Assembly (NCBI GenBank): GCA_964561365.1
Contig: CAZLPF010000002.1
Span: 10,068 to 74,067 of the forward strand
Source of the DNA: an uncultured Candidatus Saccharibacteria bacterium
GTDB lineage: Bacteria > Patescibacteriota > Doudnabacteria > UBA920
DNA length: 64,000 nucleotides
Direction: 5' to 3'
Part shown: positions 28,607-38,089 of the stretch, in pieces
Position numbering within the stretch: position 1 is the first letter of the stretch
How the letters are laid out: the number at the start of each line of letters is the position of its first letter
The notes under the pieces: model-generated
Databases searched by the model: none
Told to the model about the DNA's origin: nothing
What the model saw: only the letters and a program-made list of their open reading frames with translations
Translations under genes and position numbers: made by a program

Positions 28607-29422
28607 ATGCCTAGCCTGCTACTGCTCGCCAAGTCCGGCGTCTACGCTACCACGAGGCTCGTCGCCGAATGCGACGCGCTCGGTGTGCCGGTTACGCAGA
28701 TTGAGGTAGGGGATTTAAAAAATCGCGACCTGGAAGCCGATGCCGACAGCTTCGACGCGCTCTACGTCCGCATGGCCTGGCCGGAGCTGGACCGGGTGGC
28801 CGAACTCGCCCAGAACTTTCGCGCGCGCGGGAAGCGGGTGGTCGACGCCATAGTCGCGGACGGAAAAATAGACGAAGGCAAACTCGTCATGTACGACGAG
28901 CTGCGCGAGGCCGGCATTCGCTTTCCCGAGACCGTGGCCTACGTCCACGCGGGCGAGCGCCTCGCGCGATTCCCGTACATTCTCAAGTGGACGTACGGTA
29001 TGCAGGGGAAAGAGGTTTACCTGGTCCAGCGCGGAGAGCAGCACGAGCACATTGCGAAAAAGCACGGCGCCGGCGAGCTGCTCTGGCAGGAATTTTTGCC
29101 GGTAGAACGAGAGTTCAAGGTTTACACCGTCGGTTACCGTTCGGTGCCGTTCGCGCAAGCCTTCGAGCCTCGGCCGAACGGTTTCCGGGTGGACCACAAA
29201 ACCGCTCAGACGGAGCCAATCGAATCATGCGGCGATGTCGTAGCGGCGGCCGAAACCGCAGCCCGGACCTGCGGTTTTGAGCTAGCCAAGACCGACGTGG
29301 CGGTCTCGGGCGGAGTGCCGTACGTGCTGGAGACGAACCGCCGGCCGGGCTTCGAGTTCTTCGAGAAGAAAACCGGGTACAACCTGGCGCGCGACTTCGC
29401 GCGCTACGCCGCGGGAGTATAG
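28607..29422 (+). CDS. ATP-grasp family protein (RimK / glutathione-synthetase-like ligase)
   Basis: 271 aa; ATP-grasp layout with the conserved ExN-like C-terminal motif (PYVLETNRRPGFEFF); family assigned by eye, not searched. Confidence 0.6.
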   Translation: MPSLLLLAKSGVYATTRLVAECDALGVPVTQIEVGDLKNRDLEADADSFDALYVRMAWPELDRVAELAQNFRARGKRVVDAIVADGKIDEGKLVMYDELREAGIRFPETVAYVHAGERLARFPYILKWTYGMQGKEVYLVQRGEQHEHIAKKHGAGELLWQEFLPVEREFKVYTVGYRSVPFAQAFEPRPNGFRVDHKTAQTEPIESCGDVVAAAETAARTCGFELAKTDVAVSGGVPYVLETNRRPGFEFFEKKTGYNLARDFARYAAGV

Positions 29423-29432
29423 AAAAGTCGAA

Positions 29433-29462
29433 ACGCCGCTCCGTGGGGGAGCGGCGTTTTCT
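29433..29462. terminator. Bidirectional terminator hairpin AAACGCCGCTCC-GTGG-GGGAGCGGCGTTTT
   Basis: Between convergent 28607..29422 and 29474..29821. Confidence 0.6.
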
Positions 29463-29473
29463 GTGTCTGCCCG

Positions 29474-29821
29474 TTACGAGGGCGGAAAGAGCTTATGAAT
29501 GGCGGAGATCGCGCCAATCAGCTCCGAGGTGGTCCCGAGGCTCACATCACCGAGTTTATCCATGAAGGCTTGAAGTGCGTCGTGCTTGGCTCGGTTTCCG
29601 TTTAGGGGCATCGCCCCGTAGCCGCGGATCAGCCCACGAACAGACTCGCGGGCCTCTGTCGAAAAGCCTGATGTCGCATCTTCGAGTAGTTCTCCGGCTC
29701 GCTGACGGCGGTTTTGAGTTGCTTCTTGCGCTGCCGTAAAAACCGCGATTTGGAGAGCGCTGAGCTCTGCGCGCACAGATGGTGGTAGTGAAAGACGTGG
29801 TGCGGACCTCCAACTAAACAT
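29474..29821 (-). CDS. Hypothetical protein
   Basis: 115 aa ORF in lower-GC segment; no family recognised. Confidence 0.35.
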   Translation of the reverse strand: MFSWRSAPRLSLPPSVRAELSALQIAVFTAAQEATQNRRQRAGELLEDATSGFSTEARESVRGLIRGYGAMPLNGNRAKHDALQAFMDKLGDVSLGTTSELIGAISAIHKLFPPS

Positions 29822-29930
29822 TCAATGGTTTCCTCCCGTAAAATCAGCTTACGGTACCACGGAATAGGGAAGCGGTCAAGCGAAAGCCGGAGCGCTCACA
29901 TGAGTGCTCCGGCTACGTTGTAGAAGTGGA

Positions 29931-30518
29931 TCAGCGTTTCCGGTACGGGTCGAGCCAGCCGGAAAGCTCTTTTGCGGCCGTTTCAATCTCCCGGTGCCGC
30001 GCAGCCATCCATTGCCCGGCCTTGTCAGCCAGGTACTGCAGCCTCGTTTGGCCAATGCCCGGCAAGGCGAGCCCGTCGTCCGGAAGCTCCGCCCAATAGC
30101 TCACCTGCCGAGCTGAAATGCGGTGGGTTGTACTGCCAATGACGAGCGTATCCAAAGTGACCTTCTCGCCTCTGAGGGTGCGGTTGATTCCTTGGTCTGA
30201 ACGCCCCGCCTTTTCAAAGGCAGTTTGCAACGCCTTCAGGCAATCAGCCATCTTGCCAAAGGCTTCGTCCTTGGAGCCCTCGAGCATGGCGATTTCCATT
30301 CGCATGCCACGGTCGTGCCACTTGGCGGTTATGCTGCAGAACGCCAGCAGCTTTTGCCACTCAGAATCTTTCGACCTCGATCCGAGAATTACCTGTAGCA
30401 CCCCGAGGTCTTTCTGCAGCTCTTGTTCGAGCGCAAAGATTTCTTTCGGCGGGCCGCTTTGGAATGACTTGATGGCCGCGTCGATCAGCCCCGCGAGCCA
30501 TTTCATGAACCGATTCAT
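29931..30518 (-). CDS. Hypothetical protein (lower GC, island cargo)
   Basis: 195 aa, helical; no family recognised. Confidence 0.45.
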   Translation of the reverse strand: MNRFMKWLAGLIDAAIKSFQSGPPKEIFALEQELQKDLGVLQVILGSRSKDSEWQKLLAFCSITAKWHDRGMRMEIAMLEGSKDEAFGKMADCLKALQTAFEKAGRSDQGINRTLRGEKVTLDTLVIGSTTHRISARQVSYWAELPDDGLALPGIGQTRLQYLADKAGQWMAARHREIETAAKELSGWLDPYRKR

Positions 30519-30670
30519 TTCGTCTTCCTCCTTGCTAACGACACACTATATATAAAAAAATGCCCCGAGGCAAGGCTAGAAAAAGAGGGAACCCGCCGGA
30601 GACCAGCGGGTTCGAGAGAGGTTCGCCTCTAGTAGAGGCGAGATGGCAGCAGTTGACCGGGAGGAATTGG

Positions 30671-30979
30671 TCAGCTCGCGTTGGCCAGGTGGTTGCGCAC
30701 CGGATGCACCGCGGATAGCGGCGGGAATTCGAGGTGTTCACCTTGGCGAACGACCGCGAGGCGGGGCGTCCTGTTGAGCAGGCCTCGAAGTGCGAACACG
30801 ACGTCGCCGTCATGAATTCCGTCGAGGAATACCTTGGCGTTGTGTTTCGCTTCGCGAGCCGGTGGACCTGCGCTCAGTAGCGTGAAGTAACCTGTCGGAT
30901 CACCGTGTTTGATCGACTCGTGCGCCGATCCATCAATGGTGACAGTAATACCCGGGCGGAGCGCCTTGGGCTGCTTCAT
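30671..30979 (-). CDS. Hypothetical protein
   Basis: 102 aa; AT-rich divergent promoter region 30980-31180 upstream. Confidence 0.4.
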   Translation of the reverse strand: MKQPKALRPGITVTIDGSAHESIKHGDPTGYFTLLSAGPPAREAKHNAKVFLDGIHDGDVVFALRGLLNRTPRLAVVRQGEHLEFPPLSAVHPVRNHLANAS

Positions 30980-31180
30980 AATTCGAACCTCCTAGGATCT
31001 CCGCCGTCGCGGAGTTGTACGTACGCATATATAATCAACTATTTTTGACGTTCTGTCAAATTTGCAAAAAAGCCTAAAGAAAAGTATAATTCATGCAGTT
31101 TTATTAATTCCACGGGCTAGTACGTAATGCGGCCGTAAACAGGAACGGGGCCGCAACTCGCCGCGTGCAGAAAGATTGAC

Positions 31181-31462
31181 ATGCTCTCGAACAAAGAGAA
31201 GCAAGCCATTATCAAGAAGTTCCAGGTCCACAAGGACGACACCGGCAGCCCCGAGGTGCAGATTGCGATTCTGACCAAGGAAGTCGAGCAGGTTCAGGAG
31301 CACCTCCAGGTGCACAAGAAGGACAACCACTCGCGCCGCGGGCTGCTCAAAATGGTCGGCAACCGCCGCCGGCTGCTCCGGTTCCTCAAGTCCGAAGACC
31401 AGAAGCGCTTCGACAAGATTGTCGAAAAGCTGAAGCTGAAAGTAGCTTCACAGGCCGAATAG
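31181..31462 (+). CDS. rpsO: 30S ribosomal protein S15
   Basis: GSPEVQIA...[22 protein letters not shown] classical S15 sequence; upstream of pnp. Confidence 0.95.
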   Translation: MLSNKEKQAIIKKFQVHKDDTGSPEVQIAILTKEVEQVQEHLQVHKKDNHSRRGLLKMVGNRRRLLRFLKSEDQKRFDKIVEKLKLKVASQAE

Positions 31463-31535
31463 GTGGCACGCCGGCAGTTTGCCCAGCGCAGACGGCCGGC
31501 GCTTTCATCAGAAAAATAATTTACGCGGTTTGACG

Positions 31536-31565
31536 TGCGGGTGCAGCGTTGACTAACGAACGGTT
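31536..31565 (+). promoter_or_regulatory. pnp leader hairpin (GACTAAC-GAACG-GTTAGTC)
   Basis: Stable stem-loop in rpsO-pnp intergenic region, position analogous to autoregulatory/RNase III-processed pnp leaders. Confidence 0.4.
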
Positions 31566-31608
31566 AGTCACCGTCCGCACGTACGCCAAACCCACGCAAG
31601 GAACACGC

Positions 31609-34011
31609 ATGTTCGAACGCAAGAGCGTTTCGACGCACGTCGGGAACGCCGACGTAAGTTTCGAGGTCGGCCGGGTGGCCGGCCAGGCCGACGCGGCCGT
31701 CCTGGCCCGCGCCGGCGACACCGTGGTGCTCGCCACGGTGGTCATGTCGAGGAAAGCCCGCGAAGGCATTGAGTTCTTCCCGCTGCTCGTTGACTACGAG
31801 GAGCGGCTGTACGCAGCGGGCAAAATTAAGGGCAGCCGCTGGATTAAGCGCGAGGGCCGCGCGTCCGACAACGCCATTCTCCGCGGCCGCGTCATTGACC
31901 GTAGCTTACGCCCGCTCTTCCCCGACGGCATGCGCAACGACGTCCAGGTCGTGGCCACGGTCATGTCGTACGACGGCGTAAACGATCCCGACATTCTCGC
32001 GGTCAACGCCGCCTCCATGGCGCTCCACCTTTCCCACGTGCCGTTCGACGGCCCCATTTCGAGCGTCCGCGTCGGCATGGCTGAGGGACAGCTCGTGGTG
32101 AACCCTTCCCCCGAGCAGGTTGAAACCGGCGACATGGACCTCGTGGTCTGCGGCACGGGCGACCACATCATCATGGTTGAGGCCGGCCTCAAGTTCGTTC
32201 CCGAGACGAAGATCGTCGAGGGTGTCCGCTTCGCCCAGCAGTACCTCGGCGCGCTCTGCAAGCTCCAGGACGAGTTCCGCAAGCAGGTCGGCAAGGAGAA
32301 GACGTCCGACGTCATATACAGCAAGCCCGCCGAACAGATTGTGGACTTCGTCCACGGGTTTGCCACCGACGACAAGATTGACGCCGCACTCTACGTGCCC
32401 ACAAAAGAGCAGCGCGACGCCGGCGAGTTTAAACTCGAGAAAGAAACCGTAGCAGCGGCGAAAGAAAAGTTCGGTAGCACGCTCGGTGAAGCGGTAAACG
32501 TGGAGAAGCAGACGGCCGACGCGCTCAACAAAATAATGAAGCAGTACACGCGTAAGCAGATTCTGGAAAAGGAGCGCCGCGTGGACGGCCGCAAGCTGGA
32601 CCAGACCCGGCAGATTACCTGCGAGGTCGGCGTGCTGCCCCGCACCCACGGCTCGGCACTGTTTACCCGCGGCGAGACCCAGGCCCTGACCACGGTGACT
32701 TTGGGCAGCAAGGGCGACGAGCAGATGCTCGACGGCATTGACGACCCCTCCGAGGGCACGCCGAAGCGCTACATGCACCACTACAACATGCCGGGCTATT
32801 CGGTCGGCGAGGTGACGCCCATCCGCGGCCCCGGCCGGCGCGAGATAGGCCACGGGGCGCTCGCCGAGCGCGCCGTGGAGTTCAGCCTGCCCGCGCAGAC
32901 CGAGTTCCCGTACACCATGCGCCTCGTCTCCGAGGTGCTCTCGAGCAACGGCTCGACCTCCATGGCGAGCACCTGCGGCAGCACGCTCGCGCTCATGGAC
33001 GCCGGCGTTCCCATTCAGAAGATTGTCGGCGGCGTGGCCATGGGCCTCGTCATGGACGAGCAGAACCCCTCGCGCTTCAAGGTCCTGACCGACATTGCCG
33101 GCATTGAGGACTTCAACGGCCACATGGATTTCAAGGTCACCGGCACCGAAGAGGGCGTCACCGCGCTCCAGCTCGACATCAAGGTCAAGGGCTTAACGCC
33201 CGAGATCCTCGAAGCCGCGCTCGAGCAGGCCAAGCCCGGGCGCGCGTACATTCTTTCCAAAATGAAAGAGTGCCTCGACAAGCCGCGGCCCGACCTCTCG
33301 CCGTACGCGCCGCGCATCTACACCCTGCACATTAAGCCGGAGAAGATCCGCGAGGTCATCGGCAGCGGCGGCAAGGTGGTCAACGACATCATCGCCAAGA
33401 CCGGCGTGAAGATCGACATTGAGAACGACGGGACCATCATGGTCGTCTCGGTCGACAAGCAGGCCGCCGACCGCGCCATTGAAATGATCAACGCCATTGC
33501 CCGCGACCCGGAGCCGGGCGAGGTCTTCGAGGGCAAGGTGACCCGCCTCATGAACTTCGGCGCCTTCGTCGAGATTGCGCCGGGCAAGGAAGGCATGGTC
33601 CACGTCAGCGAGCTCGCCAACTACCGCGTCGGCCAGCCGTCGGACGTGGTGAGCGTCGGCGATCCGCTCAAGGTCCAGGTTTTGGAGATTGACGACCAGG
33701 GCCGCCTGAACCTCACGCACCGTCCGTTCGCCGGACCCGCGCCCGAGGGCGCCGAGCCCCGCGGCCCGGCCGGCGGCGACCGCGGCCCGCGCGACTTCCG
33801 CAGCGGACCCCCGCGCGGTGGCCACGGTGGTGGCCACGGCGGCGGTTTCCGGGGCGGCCACGGCGGCCCGCGGCACGGCGGCGGCGACCGCGGCCCGCGC
33901 CGCGACTTCGGTGACCGCGCCCCGCGCCCGCCCCGCCCCGAGGGCCCGGCAACTCCCGGCGCGCCGGCCGCTCCCGGCCAGAAGTACGACTTCGAAGAGT
34001 TCGAACTTTAA
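31609..34011 (+). CDS. pnp: Polyribonucleotide nucleotidyltransferase (PNPase) with long Gly/Arg-rich C-terminal tail
   Basis: Two RNase PH domains, KH and S1 domains; start at MFERKS with AAGGA SD (ORF-track TTG start 31549 lies inside hairpin); about 100-aa RGG/GGHGG tail. Confidence 0.9.
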   Translation: MFERKSVSTHVGNADVSFEVGRVAGQADAAVLARAGDTVVLATVVMSRKAREGIEFFPLLVDYEERLYAAGKIKGSRWIKREGRASDNAILRGRVIDRSLRPLFPDGMRNDVQVVATVMSYDGVNDPDILAVNAASMALHLSHVPFDGPISSVRVGMAEGQLVVNPSPEQVETGDMDLVVCGTGDHIIMVEAGLKFVPETKIVEGVRFAQQYLGALCKLQDEFRKQVGKEKTSDVIYSKPAEQIVDFVHGFATDDKIDAALYVPTKEQRDAGEFKLEKETVAAAKEKFGSTLGEAVNVEKQTADALNKIMKQYTRKQILEKERRVDGRKLDQTRQITCEVGVLPRTHGSALFTRGETQALTTVTLGSKGDEQMLDGIDDPSEGTPKRYMHHYNMPGYSVGEVTPIRGPGRREIGHGALAERAVEFSLPAQTEFPYTMRLVSEVLSSNGSTSMASTCGSTLALMDAGVPIQKIVGGVAMGLVMDEQNPSRFKVLTDIAGIEDFNGHMDFKVTGTEEGVTALQLDIKVKGLTPEILEAALEQAKPGRAYILSKMKECLDKPRPDLSPYAPRIYTLHIKPEKIREVIGSGGKVVNDIIAKTGVKIDIENDGTIMVVSVDKQAADRAIEMINAIARDPEPGEVFEGKVTRLMNFGAFVEIAPGKEGMVHVSELANYRVGQPSDVVSVGDPLKVQVLEIDDQGRLNLTHRPFAGPAPEGAEPRGPAGGDRGPRDFRSGPPRGGHGGGHGGGFRGGHGGPRHGGGDRGPRRDFGDRAPRPPRPEGPATPGAPAAPGQKYDFEEFEL

Positions 34012-34034
34012 AGAGCAGTAACGAAACAAAAACC

Positions 34035-34676
34035 ATGGCACGCCCGATGAGAGCAGGGGCCTACGGTTTCTCGGCGCACCGGGAAGACGGTCCGGGTCGG
34101 CCGATTGAGGGCCTCGAACGCAGCGCCGAACAGCGCGCAGAAGGCGAGTACCAGCATGTGCTCGAGGGCATCGTCGCACGGCTCGCGCGGGAAGAAAAAC
34201 AGCTCGAAACCGCCGCTGCGGCGCGAACGCGTCCGCTCCCGCGCGGCGTACAGCCCAGAAAAACAATGCGCGAAGTGCTCGAGGCAGACCTCGACCGGGC
34301 CTTGGTTCCGAATTCAGAAATTTCAGGGCCTGCCCGCCAGCGCCTCGTGGGCATGGGTATTCCGAGCACGTGGAGCAGCGAGCAGCTCGCCATGCTGAAG
34401 TCGAGCATCCCGTGGATGCTCGAGATGTACAAAAAAGCTCAAGCGCAGTCGCAGTTTGAAAGCGGCATGGCGGCAGCCGGCGCAGAGCAGGGCGCCGCTG
34501 CCGCAACGAACCGCGACCTCGGCGCGCTCATCCGCGCGACCGAGGAAGGTGCCGGACCGTCGCCGAAACGCAGCGCTGGCTACAGCGATGCCCGCGCCAA
34601 GTTCGAGGCGCTGTTTGGCGGTGCGCCCGCCGAGAGCGGCGACGCGGCAGCGGCCGGCGAGCACGCGGATCGTTAG
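34035..34676 (+). CDS. Hypothetical protein
   Basis: 213 aa; followed 8 nt later by next gene. Confidence 0.4.
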   Translation: MARPMRAGAYGFSAHREDGPGRPIEGLERSAEQRAEGEYQHVLEGIVARLAREEKQLETAAAARTRPLPRGVQPRKTMREVLEADLDRALVPNSEISGPARQRLVGMGIPSTWSSEQLAMLKSSIPWMLEMYKKAQAQSQFESGMAAAGAEQGAAAATNRDLGALIRATEEGAGPSPKRSAGYSDARAKFEALFGGAPAESGDAAAAGEHADR

Positions 34677-34683
34677 GGAAGCC

Positions 34684-35613
34684 ATGCACGGCCCCGGCTC
34701 ACCTGAACATTTCCACGAAGAGCCGCCCCGGCTCGAACGGGCGGTTGACCTTGAACCTGCCTACGAGCACGCCGAGCGGGTGCTGGAAGCCGACCGCGAG
34801 CCGCTCGAATCGTTCATAGCCCCGGACGGGGCCAACCGGGCAATTGTGGCCCGCGATTGTGCCGAGGTCGAGCGGCTCGAAGCAATCTTCAGGGCGAAAG
34901 AGGCCGTAGACCCCGAGCACCGCAAACAGAAGATGCTCGCCACGGCGACCGAGGCCGCGCTGAAAGACGGCGTCAACGAAGGCAATATGTTCGGGAGCGG
35001 CGTGCGCTACCGCTCGACCACGAAGTTCGACGACTACGTCAACAAGTACGACGGTGTGCTCGAGTTCAGCGACGGGCACCTCGGCATCGGCGTCGACGTG
35101 ACGTTCAGCGCCGAGGCAACGGGACGAAAGCTCCAAGCGGCGCTCGACGAAATAGACAAACACAAGCTCGGCACGGTTCGCTACTACCGCGGCCAGAACG
35201 GCGAGCACCGCCCCCTGCGCAACCTTCCGCGCGTCATTGTTCGGTTCAGTCCCGGCGACGCGACCCGCGTGGCGCGCGATTGGCACGAGGGCAACCAGGC
35301 GGCTGCGAGCGGCGCCCGCCTCCAGGTCCTGCGGCAAATGGCGGTGCAGCTCCGCGCCTTCCGGGCCTACGCGGCGAGGAGCGGCTGGGAGCCGCGCGAG
35401 CTGCTGCCGTTCGACGAGTCGCTCCGCCACGTTGACGGCATGCTTTCGAAGGTCGCGACGCCGGAAGAGCGGAGCGCCATGCAGATCGACGAGGCCGTAC
35501 TGAACCTCTCGCGCCAGCTCGAAGCCGCCGGCGGGGGACCGCGGCCCGGCACGAGCGATCGCGGCAGCAGCTCACATCCTGGTTCCGCACCCGGCTACCG
35601 TAGGGCCGCATAA
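34684..35613 (+). CDS. Hypothetical protein
   Basis: Start at MHGPGSPEHF after AGGGAAG SD; the ORF-track ORF 34456.. has a low-complexity N-terminal extension overlapping previous gene. Confidence 0.45.
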   Translation: MHGPGSPEHFHEEPPRLERAVDLEPAYEHAERVLEADREPLESFIAPDGANRAIVARDCAEVERLEAIFRAKEAVDPEHRKQKMLATATEAALKDGVNEGNMFGSGVRYRSTTKFDDYVNKYDGVLEFSDGHLGIGVDVTFSAEATGRKLQAALDEIDKHKLGTVRYYRGQNGEHRPLRNLPRVIVRFSPGDATRVARDWHEGNQAAASGARLQVLRQMAVQLRAFRAYAARSGWEPRELLPFDESLRHVDGMLSKVATPEERSAMQIDEAVLNLSRQLEAAGGGPRPGTSDRGSSSHPGSAPGYRRAA

Positions 35614-35650
35614 TTTTTTGTAACGGTTCCCGGCGATTTTTTATTCTGCC

Positions 35651-36838
35651 GTGCCCTACTTCGACATTACCAAGAAAGATACCGCGCACCCCCTGGCCCG
35701 CGCCGGGGTGCTGCACACCGCGCACGGCGACGTTCAGACGCCGGCGTTTTTACCCATTGGCACGAAGGGTGCGGTAAAGGCAGTTACGCCCGAGGAGCTG
35801 AAGTTCTGGGGCGCGGAAATGATCCTCGCGAACACCTACCACCTCTGGCAGCGGCCCGGCGACGGGCTCATTTACAAAGCCGGGGGGCTGCACGGCTTCA
35901 TGAACTGGAAGGGGCCCATATTCACCGACAGCGGCGGCTTCCAGGTGCAGTCGCTCGCGAAATTCAAGAAGGTCATGGAGGCCGGGGTGCTCTTCAACTT
36001 CGACCTCGACGGCAAGCAGGAAATGCTCTCGCCGGAAAAGTCGGTCGACATACAGGCGAACCTCGGCTCTGACATCGCCCTCATCCTCGACGACTTTTCC
36101 GGCGTGCCGTTCGAGTACGAGGAGAGCAGGGCCTCGGTCGAGCTCACCACCCGCTGGGCCGAGCGGGCGCAGCGCGAGCACCGGCACATTGTGGAAGACG
36201 GCGACCCGGTCAACGCCGGCCAGAAGCTCTGGGGCATTGTCCAGGGTTCGAACTTCGAAGACCTGCGCCGCGAGTCTGCCGAGGCCATGGTCAAATTGAG
36301 CTTCGAGGGGTACGCCATTGGCGGCGTGGCCACGGTCGACGAGCCGTTCGCTGAAATGATGAAGGCCGTGGAGTGGTCAATCGCGGGGCTGCCCGAGGCG
36401 GCGCCGAAGCACCTGCTCGGCGTCGGCACGCCGTACGACATTGTCCAGGGGGTGAGCCGCGGCTGCGACACCTTTGACTGCGTTATTCCGACCCGCGAAG
36501 CCCGGCACGGCCGGCTCTACGTCCGCGCCCAGAACGTGGAGACGAAGCAGGGGACCGTGGAAGGCTACCGGACCATGGACGTGCGACTCGAACGCTACAA
36601 GGAAGATTTCACCCCGCCGGATCCCGCCTGCAGCTGCTACCTCTGCCTCAACCACACCAAGAGCTACCTCCGCCACCTGTTCCAAACCGGCGAGCCTTTG
36701 GCCGAGCGCCTCGCGACCATGCACAACCTGCGCTTCTACCTGGATCTCATGGCGCGTATCCGGCAGGCCATACACTACGAGCATTTCGGCGAAATGGTGA
36801 AGGGCTTTAAGGACTACAGCGACAAGAAAGAGAAATAA
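35651..36838 (+). CDS. tgt: Queuine tRNA-ribosyltransferase (tRNA-guanine transglycosylase)
   Basis: TIM-barrel TGT with catalytic Asp motifs and zinc site CxCxxC...H (CSCYLCLNH). Confidence 0.9.
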   Translation: MPYFDITKKDTAHPLARAGVLHTAHGDVQTPAFLPIGTKGAVKAVTPEELKFWGAEMILANTYHLWQRPGDGLIYKAGGLHGFMNWKGPIFTDSGGFQVQSLAKFKKVMEAGVLFNFDLDGKQEMLSPEKSVDIQANLGSDIALILDDFSGVPFEYEESRASVELTTRWAERAQREHRHIVEDGDPVNAGQKLWGIVQGSNFEDLRRESAEAMVKLSFEGYAIGGVATVDEPFAEMMKAVEWSIAGLPEAAPKHLLGVGTPYDIVQGVSRGCDTFDCVIPTREARHGRLYVRAQNVETKQGTVEGYRTMDVRLERYKEDFTPPDPACSCYLCLNHTKSYLRHLFQTGEPLAERLATMHNLRFYLDLMARIRQAIHYEHFGEMVKGFKDYSDKKEK

Positions 36839-36840
36839 AA

Positions 36841-36868
36841 AATCCCCTGCCATAGGCGGGGGATTTTT
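36841..36868. terminator. Bidirectional terminator AATCCCCTGCC-ATAG-GCGGGGGATTTTT
   Basis: Between convergent tgt and DinB-like gene. Confidence 0.7.
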
Positions 36869-36875
36869 AGCGGAG

Positions 36876-37403
36876 CTACTCGCCGCTGTCGGCCGACGGG
36901 CCGTAGATAGCCGGTACCTTGCCGCCCATGGGACGGATGAGCGTCGTCATCTGCCCGCGGTGGTGGATGAGGTCGAACATGAGCATCCAGGCCATGCCGC
37001 CCTTCGTGGCGGCCCAGACCTCTTTACCGTCCACCAGCATCGCCGCCTTCGAGCCCCAATCTTCTTCGGACATGGCGGCGGCCACGGTCCCCGCCTCGGC
37101 GAGGCCTTTCGCGAACATATCCTTAGCTTCGGGGAGCGTCTTCGGGGAGGGCGCGTCCTTGGACCAGTCGATCTGGCCGGTTTTAAGGAAAATACCGAAC
37201 GTCGCGGCCTCGGAGGCCATGCTGCATGCGAGCTGGAGGGCCGTTTTGCCCTTCGGGTCGTCGGCGTGCTTGTAGTCGAGCTTGCCTTCCGGCAGGGCGT
37301 TAAACACGCCCGTGAAGCGGGCCGCCTCGTACTTCGTGGTTTCTACGAAAAACATTCGTTCGGTCATGGTGGTTTCGTTAATGGTTGCGCCGCCGTGCGG
37401 CAT
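36876..37403 (-). CDS. DinB/YfiT-like (DinB_2) family protein
   Basis: Metal-binding His pattern incl. LIHHRGQ; alternative start at MTERMFF (37367). Confidence 0.65.
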   Translation of the reverse strand: MPHGGATINETTMTERMFFVETTKYEAARFTGVFNALPEGKLDYKHADDPKGKTALQLACSMASEAATFGIFLKTGQIDWSKDAPSPKTLPEAKDMFAKGLAEAGTVAAAMSEEDWGSKAAMLVDGKEVWAATKGGMAWMLMFDLIHHRGQMTTLIRPMGGKVPAIYGPSADSGE

Positions 37404-37498
37404 GCGTACCGTAAATTCTATCCGTTCACGGAAGTAAGGTCAACGAAAAAAGGAAAGCGGCCCCGCAACGCGTTGCGGGGCCGCTCGGTCACCACTGC

Positions 37499-37879
37499 TC
37501 ACCGTGCCCACCACCTGCGCAGCTCCGAGCTGAGGGTGAGAACAACCGCCCCGCACATGATCAGGACAAAGCCGATCGTTCGCAGGGGATAGGTAGACAC
37601 GCTTACCCCGAGGAAGGCGGTCCACGCAGCAGTGGTCAGCAGTAGAATCCACAGGAAAGCGGCGCCACCTGCGCCGTCGTCGTAGCGGTCCCTGCAATTT
37701 TGGCCTTGACCCGGCCGGAACCCGAAGATGGCAATTGAGGCGGGGATGCACAAGAGCATCGCTACCACGAACGTCACCATGAGCGCCTCCAGTAGCTCGA
37801 GCTTCGACGATTGGCACACCCCGTACGTCATGGCAACCAGCACAGTGTGCAGGACAGCCGTAGTAAGTGATTTGAACAT
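37499..37879 (-). CDS. Small membrane protein (hypothetical)
   Basis: 126 aa, 4 TM helices. Confidence 0.45.
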   Translation of the reverse strand: MFKSLTTAVLHTVLVAMTYGVCQSSKLELLEALMVTFVVAMLLCIPASIAIFGFRPGQGQNCRDRYDDGAGGAAFLWILLLTTAAWTAFLGVSVSTYPLRTIGFVLIMCGAVVLTLSSELRRWWAR

Positions 37880-38089
37880 ATCCCCTCCGCACTTTTGATT
37901 TGCAACCCCTGATCTAGAGTTACTTTCAGAAGGTATTCTTTTAGGCTTTCCACGTCAACCTTGACAAGTTTGGCAATATGCTGTACATTAGGACGATTTC
38001 AGTTGATACCCGATCGGGAGCTGAAATACCTGGTTCTACCAGGGCTCGAACCCGATCAATTGCAAACAAAGAAAGCAGGAGGTTCGTTT

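Noticed and set aside
31906-34506. Long minus-strand ORFs (31906..33123, 33193..34506) antisense to pnp
   Set aside because: GC-frame artefacts with Arg/Ala/Gly-rich composition; the plus strand encodes an unmistakable PNPase.
38001-38050. tRNA-like T-arm fragment (GGGTTCGAGCCC on minus strand) embedded in palindromic hairpins upstream of 38090 gene
   Set aside because: No acceptor stem, anticodon arm or CCA could be assembled; it is better explained as a local inverted repeat or leader hairpin.
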